A DNA stretch of 64,000 nt, taken from the sequence record NZ_CP118990.1. One strand, 5' to 3'. Each line of letters begins with the position of its first letter. The stretch's first letter is position 1. The DNA comes from a plasmid. Both the position numbers and the translations under genes were made by a program. Under the pieces are notes generated by a model that saw only the letters and a list, made by a program, of their open reading frames with translations, did no database searches and was not told where the DNA came from. Positions 20,481-30,000 of this stretch are shown piece after piece.

Positions 20481-21683
20481 TCAGTCCTGGTGCTCACGCA
20501 GGGTGGCGAGACCCATCACTATCAAGCCATAGAAGAGGAACAACAATACACCGACGGTAGCCAAGTTGTAGAGGCGGCGCGGGTATTCGGCATCTTGGGC
20601 CAAACTGGGTTGGCTGATAACCAGCAGGTGCTTAAGCTTGCGGTATGCCTCGACCCTGGTCTGCTCCAGGCTGATGAGGCCCGTCTTGTAGAGATCTGCT
20701 GCCAGAGTGGCCTGGGTCTGTACATCTAGATAACCGGCGTTGATCTCGTTCATGGCATCTTTATCGAGACCGGTGAGCTTGGCACGTTCCTGCTCCAGCT
20801 GCCTTGTCAGGGCATCGACCCGGCTTTGCACCGAGATGACGGCGGGGGCGTTCTCTCTCATATAGCTGCGCAGTTGTTTGAGCTGCGCCTGTTGGTTTAC
20901 CAGCTCGCCCTCAATCTGGCTGACGACCCCGAGACGTGCGCTACTGGTGGATTCCGGGCTGATCAGTTGATGGCTGTTTTGAAACGCCAGCACCTTGGCC
21001 TTCTCATCCTGCAGCCGTCGATAGGCGCGATCGACTTCTTTCTCGACAAAGGCCAGCTGATCCAGCGCCACCTGATGCCCCAGCTTGTTGATAAAGCGTT
21101 CGGACTCCTTGAGCATCAGGCCCACCACCCGCTGACCATATTCGGGGTCAAACGCCTGCAACTCGATGGTGAGCACGCCCGACAGTTCATCAAAACGTAA
21201 CATCAGGTGGTTACGATAATATTCAATAAAATCTTCCCGGCTGACATCCTGTGGCAGGCGAGAGAAATAGTCGGCCTGGTCGTTCTGGTAATGGGACTTG
21301 AGGTTGAGCTCTTTATCCAGCTTGGCCAGCAGATCCCAGGAGTTCAGATAATCCTGGATCAATAGGGCATCCTGATGATTGCTGCCGCCAATACCCAGCA
21401 TCGAGAGGGCATCGGGCAGCATCTTGATCTGGTCCGCCTGCTTGATGATGATCTCCGCCCGGCTCACGTAACGGTCAGAGGCGATGATCCCCAGATAGAG
21501 AGCCGCAATGGTAAAACAGGCAACGACCCAGAGAAAACTGCCGAGCTTGAGGCTCTGCTGCCAGGAGCGGTGGGCAATCTGAAAGCCGCTGGAGTCGATA
21601 AAAAAGCGTTTGGGTTCATTGCCGAGCTTGCGCAGTTTGCGCGCAAAACGGGATGGTCTTTCGGAACGGATAGGTTGGGTCAT
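20481..21683 (-). CDS. kpsE: capsule polysaccharide export inner-membrane protein KpsE
   Basis: 400-aa ORF with an N-terminal TM segment and a long coiled-coil periplasmic region. It lies upstream of kpsT and kpsM. Confidence 0.75.
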   Translation of the reverse strand: MTQPIRSERPSRFARKLRKLGNEPKRFFIDSSGFQIAHRSWQQSLKLGSFLWVVACFTIAALYLGIIASDRYVSRAEIIIKQADQIKMLPDALSMLGIGGSNHQDALLIQDYLNSWDLLAKLDKELNLKSHYQNDQADYFSRLPQDVSREDFIEYYRNHLMLRFDELSGVLTIELQAFDPEYGQRVVGLMLKESERFINKLGHQVALDQLAFVEKEVDRAYRRLQDEKAKVLAFQNSHQLISPESTSSARLGVVSQIEGELVNQQAQLKQLRSYMRENAPAVISVQSRVDALTRQLEQERAKLTGLDKDAMNEINAGYLDVQTQATLAADLYKTGLISLEQTRVEAYRKLKHLLVISQPSLAQDAEYPRRLYNLATVGVLLFLFYGLIVMGLATLREHQD

Positions 21684-21698
21684 GGTGAATGCAGCTTG

Positions 21699-22361
21699 TT
21701 ATAGATTCTGATAAATGCGGATGGCGTCATCGATATTGTCGAAGATTTCCAGTGTACTGTTGCGCAGCAATATCCCCATGTCGCACTGTTGGCGCAGGTT
21801 TTTCATGTCGTGGGACACCATGATAAGGCTCGCGGTTTCGCGCTTTTGATTGAAGGTATCGATGCATTTTTGTTTGAAACGGGCATCCCCCACCGAGGTG
21901 ATCTCATCGGTCAGATAGATATCAAAGTCAAAGGCCATACTGACGGCGAAGGAAAACTTGGATTTCATACCGCTGGAGTAGGTTTTTATTGGCAACTCGA
22001 AGTGCTTTCCTATTTCGGAAAACTCCTTGACCCACTCCTCCACCTCTTGGGTATCGCGTACCCCATGAATACGGCAGACGAAGCGGGTGTTCTCCCGCCC
22101 TGTCATGCTGCCTTGAAATCCGCCACTGAGGGCCAGCGGCCAGGAGACGCGACAATGGCGCGTTACCTTGCCCTGATTGGGTGTATCCATGCCCCCCAGC
22201 AGGCGAAGCAGGGTGGATTTGCCCGCCCCGTTGACCCCCAGAATACCGATGTTGCGATCCTGCGGCAGTGTGATGCTCACATCGCGCAGCACATAGTTGC
22301 GGCCGAACTTGGTGGGGTAGTACTTGGATACATTGTCGAGAATGATCATGTTATTCCGCAC
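21699..22361 (-). CDS. kpsT: capsule polysaccharide ABC exporter ATP-binding protein KpsT
   Basis: Walker A GVNGAGKST, ABC signature YSSGMKSKF and Walker B FDIYLTDE. Confidence 0.85.
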   Translation of the reverse strand: MRNNMIILDNVSKYYPTKFGRNYVLRDVSITLPQDRNIGILGVNGAGKSTLLRLLGGMDTPNQGKVTRHCRVSWPLALSGGFQGSMTGRENTRFVCRIHGVRDTQEVEEWVKEFSEIGKHFELPIKTYSSGMKSKFSFAVSMAFDFDIYLTDEITSVGDARFKQKCIDTFNQKRETASLIMVSHDMKNLRQQCDMGILLRNSTLEIFDNIDDAIRIYQNL

Positions 22362-22371
22362 TCATTGGCGA

Positions 22372-23172
22372 TCAACTGGCGATCAGCCGGCGATGGCTCA
22401 GACGATAGCAGCTCATGGCAAAAGTCAGCAGCAGCAGGGTCACGCCTGACAGATAGGCCGCGCTGACATTGGGACTGCTGTAACCGGCGATCCAGCCACT
22501 TCGAATCAGCTCGAGGGCATGCACCAGCGGGTTCCATAAAAACCAGTGTTGATACTGAACTGGGATGCTGATCAAGGGATACATCACGCAAGAGATAAAC
22601 ATCAGCGGCATCATCAGCAGACCGAGGAACTTGTCTGCCTCCTGAAATAGCGTGCAGATAACGCAGAAGACGATACCGAGGGAAAAGGAGAACACCATCA
22701 ACAGCAAATAGATGAGGATCACCTGCAAGGGATCCGCCGGAATGGCATCAAACCCGAACCAGAGCAGCCCCAGCACCAGGATGATCCCCACCATCATGCC
22801 AATCATGGTCTCGAGCATGAAACGGGCAACAAAGGTGGCGAAGGGGGTGACCTGACGGTAGCAGAACAGCCCCATATTGGCGCTGACCGCGGATTGCAGC
22901 TTGCTCACGACATTCTTGAAAAAAATAAAGGGTAAATAACCGGCGGTAATGAAGAGCGGCGCCGGCGCCCCTCCGAATCCGCTATGGCCGCGCATGCCAA
23001 AAATGAGGCTGAATGCGCCAATGATGAGCAGTGGGTCGAGCAGGGCCCAGGCATAGCCAAGTCGGTAACTGCCAAAACGGGTCTTCAGTTCTCGGATAAG
23101 CAAACCGAACGTCACATCGCGCAGTACCTGCAAGGGCGTTCGAGGTGTTTGATTGAGAATGGGTTTATGCAT
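22372..23172 (-). CDS. kpsM: capsule polysaccharide ABC exporter permease KpsM (ABC-2 type)
   Basis: 266-aa polytopic membrane protein immediately upstream of kpsT. It is ABC-2 family-like. Confidence 0.8.
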   Translation of the reverse strand: MHKPILNQTPRTPLQVLRDVTFGLLIRELKTRFGSYRLGYAWALLDPLLIIGAFSLIFGMRGHSGFGGAPAPLFITAGYLPFIFFKNVVSKLQSAVSANMGLFCYRQVTPFATFVARFMLETMIGMMVGIILVLGLLWFGFDAIPADPLQVILIYLLLMVFSFSLGIVFCVICTLFQEADKFLGLLMMPLMFISCVMYPLISIPVQYQHWFLWNPLVHALELIRSGWIAGYSSPNVSAAYLSGVTLLLLTFAMSCYRLSHRRLIAS

Positions 23173-23235
23173 TGAGTCGTTTACCGTATGGCAGACTCGC
23201 CGATTGGCGAGCCTGCATTGTTCGGTGTGGGCGGT

Positions 23236-25011
23236 TTAGTTGATGGCTACGTTCGCCGCCACGGCGATCTGATAGATGATCTGGGTAATGTCTTTGACAG
23301 ACTGCATGGTTTTGCTGTCAACCTTGGGCAACACCATGATCTGATCCCCTGGCTGAACATTCCCCTGGCCCTTGAACTCCACCAGCCCGTTGGCATGGAC
23401 CACGGCGATGCGCTGATCATTGGCTCGTTCGGTAAACCCACCAGCCCAGGCGACATAATCATCGAGGTCGGCATTGGCGTTGTAGACCACGGCTTGTGGC
23501 ATCAATACCTCACCACCCACCTGGATAAGGTCAGTCTTGTTCGGGATCACAATCTGGTCGCCTTGCTCCAGCTGAATGTTGGCGATGATGCCCTTGTCGG
23601 CGACGACGACCTTGCCCAGAGGCTGAATCTTGCGGGCCTTGTCCACAAACTGCATGACCAGCTCGGCCTCTTTGGCACGGATGGTCGCCTCACCATCCGA
23701 ACTGGCCGGCGCGGTGAATACGCTGCGCTCCAGCCGGTTGAGCGACTCATCCAGCATCTCTTTTTGCCGGATGGCCACGCTCTTTCGCATCAGATAGATG
23801 GATTGGTAATCGGCCAGATCCGGATTGATCGGAATGTGGTTGAGCAGATCGTGCAGTTTGGTCTCTTTGCGGACGGTGAAGTAAGAGGGTCCCATATAAC
23901 TGCCGGTGACCTGCACATCGTAAACTTGTGCATGCATGTCATCGTTAAACAGCACCTTGTCGCCGTCCTTGAGTTGGACCTGGGCAAAATCTTTGTAAGG
24001 CAGATAAATAGAGAAGGGACCGTTTGCACGATCACCAATTACTCCGACATGACTCACCTTGGCGAGGGGCAGGGCATAATTGATGAGCTCAGAGCCCTGC
24101 GTATTGCGCTGCTTTAATTCGAAGCGGAATGGATTGCGAACCTTGCCAGCCACATTGATCATCGGCCCCTGGGGTTCCACCAGGATCACATCCTGATCTT
24201 TCAGGGAAAGCTTGGGCATTTTGCCCTTCTGCATGAATTCATACAGGTCGATCTGCTGGAGGACCTGGTTTTGGCGCAAGACCTTGATTTGACGGTAGCT
24301 GCCACGCTCTGAATCGATGCCACCCGCCCGCTTGAGGAAATAGAGCACGCTGTCAGACGATTGTCCGGCATATTGGCCTGGGCGGATCACCGGCCCTGTC
24401 ACGAATACACTCACTGGTGTTGTCGTCAGCAAATTGACGTAAATGTTGACGTTGTTGGTGAATACATCACCAATCTTGCTGGTTACCAGATTATTGATTT
24501 GGCTGGCAGGAACATTCTTGACATTGATGGGGCCAACATCAGGGATGAAAATATTGCCCTGATTGTCGACCGTTACCACATTGGAGAAATTGACGGCGCC
24601 CCAGATCCAGATATTCAGCTTGTCACCTGGTGCTATCAGGTAATTGTCATTCAAGCCATCACTGCGTTCGGTTTCATATCCACCTGCAAAGAGGTTGGCG
24701 CCGTAGGGGGGAGGGAGTCCGGCCTCGGCCTGTGGCAGTAATTTCCGCACATCGGCCTCACCTGGCAGCAACATGCCTTGCCGATTTTGTTGCGCAAAAC
24801 TGCCGGTTGTTGAACTTGTGCTGGCTTGACCACTCAGCGATGACTGGCCGCCAAGTTGGGGCCGATTGTTATCCCCTGAATTACCCGACAGGTTATAGCC
24901 AAATGATGCCCCATTTGCCTGGGCCTGGTCCGGTGCACTAGCCGCCATGGTGGTGCAGGAGGCACTGATGAGAAACAGGAGGGTACTCAGATGACGAACG
25001 TTCATTTTCAA
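23236..25011 (-). CDS. kpsD: periplasmic/outer-membrane polysaccharide export protein KpsD (Wza-like)
   Basis: 591-aa ORF with a signal peptide MKMNVRHLSTLLFLISASCTTMAA. It has a polysaccharide-export (Poly_export/SLBB) architecture and precedes kpsM. Confidence 0.75.
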   Translation of the reverse strand: MKMNVRHLSTLLFLISASCTTMAASAPDQAQANGASFGYNLSGNSGDNNRPQLGGQSSLSGQASTSSTTGSFAQQNRQGMLLPGEADVRKLLPQAEAGLPPPYGANLFAGGYETERSDGLNDNYLIAPGDKLNIWIWGAVNFSNVVTVDNQGNIFIPDVGPINVKNVPASQINNLVTSKIGDVFTNNVNIYVNLLTTTPVSVFVTGPVIRPGQYAGQSSDSVLYFLKRAGGIDSERGSYRQIKVLRQNQVLQQIDLYEFMQKGKMPKLSLKDQDVILVEPQGPMINVAGKVRNPFRFELKQRNTQGSELINYALPLAKVSHVGVIGDRANGPFSIYLPYKDFAQVQLKDGDKVLFNDDMHAQVYDVQVTGSYMGPSYFTVRKETKLHDLLNHIPINPDLADYQSIYLMRKSVAIRQKEMLDESLNRLERSVFTAPASSDGEATIRAKEAELVMQFVDKARKIQPLGKVVVADKGIIANIQLEQGDQIVIPNKTDLIQVGGEVLMPQAVVYNANADLDDYVAWAGGFTERANDQRIAVVHANGLVEFKGQGNVQPGDQIMVLPKVDSKTMQSVKDITQIIYQIAVAANVAIN

Positions 25012-25029
25012 AACAGATACCTTCGAGTT

Positions 25030-25404
25030 TTATTGTTCAGCAAGAAGGCTGCTGACAGAAGCTTGATCCAATTGAGGTATCAGGTACCACAGTTCTTCGC
25101 TCTTGCATGCGACACTTCTTTGCGAGTGGCCTTGCATGTTGTTGAACAAGAGGTCAACGCACTCACGTCCCATGGCCGACACATAGCGTTGACCCAGGGT
25201 GAAGGTAACGCCGTTTGTGCTGAGTGCAGCCCCCTGAGGTTGAGTGTTGAGCGCCTGTTGCAGGTTTGCTGGCATGGCTTGCAGTGCTGTGGTCGATGAT
25301 GGATTGACGAGGGGACGGGAGGCTTCGACCTGCTTTGGTTCATATGCGCAGCCAGCAATAGACATGGCTAGCGATATCGCCAGAAACCGGGTTGCGTAGT
25401 TCAT
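25030..25404 (-). CDS. small lipoprotein, first gene of the capsule export operon
   Basis: Signal peptide plus lipobox MNYATRFLAISLAMSIAGC. Confidence 0.5.
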   Translation of the reverse strand: MNYATRFLAISLAMSIAGCAYEPKQVEASRPLVNPSSTTALQAMPANLQQALNTQPQGAALSTNGVTFTLGQRYVSAMGRECVDLLFNNMQGHSQRSVACKSEELWYLIPQLDQASVSSLLAEQ

Positions 25405-25574
25405 GTGTCAATATTATCCATGGAGTCAAAACTTGAAGTGTAAATTCTTTGTTAATTTAATGTTGTGGGCAGTGTTCGTTTTGCGATAATGCTTGTCTCA
25501 TGTTGTTCCTTGGTGTTGCTGTACTGAAACTGTACACGGGAATAGATTATCTCAAAAGGCAAAAAAAGAAAAAA

Positions 25575-25583
25575 GCTACCGCA
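25575..25583 (-). promoter_or_regulatory. possible ops-like (RfaH) element in the capsule operon leader
   Basis: The minus strand reads GTGCGGTAGC, which is 7 of 8 against the ops core GGCGGTAG. Located in the 460-bp leader upstream of the lipoprotein-kpsD operon. Confidence 0.25.
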
Positions 25584-25822
25584 CGGAAGTGACATTGCTC
25601 CGGTCTAGGATGGTCAAATTGTGGCTTGAAATAAAATTAAAAACAAAAGACGGACTGTCATCAACAGCCCTGTTTGAATAGCTTTCCAGTCGTGCTGGAG
25701 CCGAGCCCGCGTATATTGCGTCATTTCGAGGCGCTCGTCATGTTTAATTTTATTCCGGGCGTATATTACAGGGCAAGATCGCGAACGTTTTTTAAGCAGG
25801 GCATGAGGATTTGACCGACCGA

Positions 25823-27026
25823 ACAGGGTGTGATCTTATACTCTCTTTTACGGGAGTTTCGTCATGAACCATCAAGCGGCATTTACCCAATTCTTCTCCG
25901 AACTTGAAGACCCTCGTCAGACAACCAAAATCGCGTACCCCTTCTTCGATGTGGTTTTTCTCACCGTCTGTGCTGCTATTGGTGGGGCTCAAGGTTGGGA
26001 AGATATCGAGCTTTTCGGCGAGGCACATCTAGAATGGTTTCAGCGTAATGGATTGTTTCATAACGGATTACCTGTTCACGACACCATAGCCAGGATCATC
26101 TCCCGTATTCAACCGGAGCAATTCCAGAACGCCTTTGTCCGCTGGATGCAAGCAACATCAGAACGTACCGATGGTGAGCTGATTGCCATTGACGGCAAGA
26201 CCTTACGCAGCTCTTACGACCGAGACAGTCGTCAGTCTACCATTCATATGGTCAGTGCCTTTGCCGCTGAGAATCGTCTGGTGCTCGGGCAAGTCAAAAC
26301 AGATGCGAAATCTAACGAAATCACCGCCATTCCTGAATTACTGGCACTCCTCGATATAAAAGGCTGCCTGGTATCCATCGATGCCATGGGCTGCCAGACT
26401 GAGATAGCCTCAACCATAATCAAGGGCGGTGGCGACTACTTGCTGGCGGTAAAAGGTAACCAGCCCACACTGCATAATGCAGTACGCGCAGCTCTGGGCG
26501 AGTCGACCAAGAAGCCACTGAGTGAAGAAACGTTCAGTGTCGAGAAAGAGCACGGTCGCATTGATGGCCGCGAGTACCATGTGTTACCAGCCGGAGCACT
26601 ATCAGAGCAATTTCCAGAGTGGAAAGCGCTGAAGAGTGTTGGTGTCGCAATATCCTATCGAATTGAAAATATGAAAAAATTTTCGATGGAGTATCGCTAC
26701 TACATCAGCTCGGCTGAACTGACACCAGAGCAGTTTGCCTCAGCGGTACGAGGGCACTGGGCAATTGAAAATAGCCTGCATTGGGTTCTGGATGTCGTGA
26801 TGAATGAGGATGCCTGCCAGATATATCGAGGTGATGCTCCTCAAATATTGGCCTGTGCACGACACATGGCGCAAAACATGCTGCGAGCCGAAACCAGCCG
26901 TAAGGCAAGCTTGCGGAAGAAGCAGCAATTTGCGGGCATGAGCAGCCCATATCTGGAAAAGGTACTGGATGCTGGGTTAGCTGAACTGGCATCAATTTAA
27001 CAATATGTTCACGCTCTCGCCCTGAC
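25823..27026 (+). mobile_element. ISAs1-family (H-repeat) insertion sequence
   Basis: Single transposase ORF. Imperfect terminal repeats CAGGGTGTGA (25823) and TCTCGCCCTG (ending about 27026, reverse complement CAGGGCGAGA). Exact ends are approximate. Confidence 0.6.
25864..27000 (+). CDS. ISAs1-family transposase (H-repeat-associated protein, YhhI-like)
   Basis: Strong similarity across its full length to E. coli H-repeat protein and ISAs1 transposases. Examples are GAQGWEDIELFGEAHLEWF, AIDGKTLRSSYD, EITAIPELLALLDIKGC and HWAIENSLHWVLDVVMNEDAC. Confidence 0.85.
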   Translation: MNHQAAFTQFFSELEDPRQTTKIAYPFFDVVFLTVCAAIGGAQGWEDIELFGEAHLEWFQRNGLFHNGLPVHDTIARIISRIQPEQFQNAFVRWMQATSERTDGELIAIDGKTLRSSYDRDSRQSTIHMVSAFAAENRLVLGQVKTDAKSNEITAIPELLALLDIKGCLVSIDAMGCQTEIASTIIKGGGDYLLAVKGNQPTLHNAVRAALGESTKKPLSEETFSVEKEHGRIDGREYHVLPAGALSEQFPEWKALKSVGVAISYRIENMKKFSMEYRYYISSAELTPEQFASAVRGHWAIENSLHWVLDVVMNEDACQIYRGDAPQILACARHMAQNMLRAETSRKASLRKKQQFAGMSSPYLEKVLDAGLAELASI

Positions 27027-27092
27027 TGGATCGGTGGCACTAAGGATGGTCAGCTTTATGGAACTGGGAAGGTTACTTACTACAACGCTGAG

Positions 27093-30000
27093 ATGAAAGC
27101 GATGCTGGGGAGTGGGTCCGTAGGTTCTGGTGCCAACTTGGCTTACCCAAATGGTGTTCAGTCACAACATCGATTGCTATTCAATGTGAAAGACCGGGCC
27201 GGGAACAGCTCGACAAAGCAGTTTGAGTTTTATAACAACTCCGCTTGTGGGAGTGAGGAACCGACGCTCGTTGCTATTGAAGATCCCACCTACAGTGGCG
27301 CTTACCTTGGCCTTAGCGCATTTCAGGGTTTTCGTCAGACCAGTGGTAGCACCCCCATCAACAAAAACCCGCTGAAAGCGGTATATCGTATCCCCCGGTC
27401 ACAATACCGCGGGCTTCCAGAGGGGGCTATTTTCGGTGGGCTCCCTGCTGGGATCACAGATCGTGGATTGGCGCACACTGATTCTCAGTATGCCTATGTC
27501 GTTGTTGAAGGTCCCGCTGGTCCTGATGGTACATTCAACTGGACTAACTACGGCTGGACAAACAACTCTACCTGGCGATGCAGCCCATTGCGGGTCCCTA
27601 ATCCTCAATTCACATCAGAAACAATCCCACCTGATTGGAAATCCATTAGTGCATACGTTGACGGTGTAGGTTGGGTTGGGAGCAGTTATGGTGCGCCTGG
27701 CACGAAGCCAAAACCGCCGAGAGATACGAAAATATCGCAAATTAAGGTTAGTTTGGAACCTAGGGTTTATACCCAAACGGTCTCCATGTATGGCAGTTCA
27801 TGCGAGGTTGCACCGAACCAATCAGAGTGCACAATGGCGGTAAATATACCATTCAACCAGACCGGAACGGCAAGCTATTACCATACGAGACCTGCGGCGC
27901 AGCACAAGAATATTCCAGGCCTGCTGTCTCAATTCAGCCATGTTTGGGAGTGGGATGCAGAGGACCCGCATATCCAGGAACTTGTGAGCCGGGATGACCA
28001 AAATAAGATCGTAACATTTACAGCTTTTGAAGGGCATACCGGGGCGACCTGGGGGAGGGTCAAGCTGGCAGCAGCCGGGCTTGTTGCAAAAAAAAATGGC
28101 GTTGATGTCGAATCGTTCTCAGCAACAAGTATCAACACCTCGGGTAATGACTCCACTGTAGTGGTCTCCTACAAGGGCCTTGCCGACGGTGTATATGACA
28201 TCTACGGCTGGGTGAATGATGCCTACGGCAACCGCAGTGAAACGAAATTCTTTACCATTACGAACGACAATACACCTCCTTCGATTGCTATCACGATTCC
28301 GAGCGGAAACAATGTTGAATCATTAGATAACATCCTCATTGATGTGACTGACGGAATGACGGCCAAGCCCACTGTGACGATGGTCAATCTCAAGGGGGGG
28401 CCAGCATCGGACGATGTTTACCTCACAGTCCGAGCAGTGTCAGATACTCGATTCAAGCTCGAATACCCCGTCATGTTCCCTTCTTTAAAGGCTGGGGAGA
28501 GTTACACGCTTTCAATAGAGGCGAAAGATGCTCAGCAAAACACAGCTAAAGCATCAGCTCAGTTTGAATACAAACCTCAGCAAGTGACGCTGGCGGACGG
28601 GATGGATGGCAAGGTCATGATCCCGGCCGTGACGCAGGAGTTTACCCACGCTGACGGCAGCAAGATCATCGAGACAAAGCCGCTGACCCTCAATGATGGC
28701 TCCACGGTGACCGGCTCCTATGACGTGTTCGCCACACTGCGGTCTGATGCCAAAGTACCGCTCGTGGTCAACGGGGTGCGTATCGAACCGGGCCAGACCA
28801 TGGGGATCATGAGCCAGCACAACTTCGGGGCCTCCGGTGGACGCCTGAGTCTCTCTGTTAAACCTGCGGTGGCCGATGTTATCGGCACTTCCGGCCTGCT
28901 GGTGATGACGGCGGCGCCCAACTCCCCGATCCTGGTGCTGGACGTGACCACCTGGAAGCCGACGGCGAAGCTCTCCGCGGAGTCATGGACGGTGCGCCAG
29001 GTGATTGACCCGGTAAAGATCTTCGCCCTGCCGGACGCCGGTGTCCCCTGCCGCTTCACTTCCAAAGAGGATGAGGCGAAGCGTTCCGACCCGATCCGGG
29101 ACCCGGTGTGTCTGTTGCAGTGGGACCGCACCCCGGACGAGGCCGAGCAAAGCACCCAGGAGACCGAAGGCCTGAAACTGGCGGGTCTGGTGGGCCAGGC
29201 GGTCAGCCTGGGTGAGCAACCTGTCGAGTACAGCCTCTACCTGTTTAGCGGCGACGGCTCCAAGGTTAAGGTAGGCGGCGGCAACCGCAATCTGACTGTC
29301 ACCACGGCCTACGGCTCGGTGGGCTATACCCCCGGCCCCGAGTTGGCGCAGGTCAACCGCATCATTGAGAGCTTCGACGTGCGGATGAGCCAGAACCTGG
29401 GTCCAGCGTGTTCGATGACGCTGAGTGCCGATCAGGCGAAGAAGGATGCGGCCAACAAGGCCTCCGGCAGCATCAGCCGTACCTGCCTGTTTGAATGGCA
29501 GGCCATCCCGGATGGGCTGATGCAAGACCAGAGCACCACCACCCCCGGCCTGAGCGGTACTTTGGCCGATAAAAAGGCACACCCCGTCGGCTGGCGGGTG
29601 AGCACCTACAGCAAGAACGGCACTCGCGTGACCCTCAACGACCAGACCTTTACCATCGATGCAATAGACCCCCCGGTGCCGACCGTGGATTTGTCCTCAA
29701 AGTACAAATTCCGGGACAACATCTACATGGTGCCAATGCAGGGTGACTACCTGGGGGACGCGACGATCACCGCCGAGCGGGCGGACCTGGACGTGGCGAT
29801 CATGCGCAATACCGACACCCTGGAGTCGGAGACCTTCACCCCCGGCTGGGGCGCCAACACCAAGGTCTACCGTCGGCTGAACACCGACCAGCGGGCTCTG
29901 TGGGAGGAGACTACCTATAAGGTGAAGGCGGCCTACAACAAGGTGCCGGAGGTGAAGACCGAGGCGGTGTACCGGGCTGTGTCGGTGCCGTCCTACAACC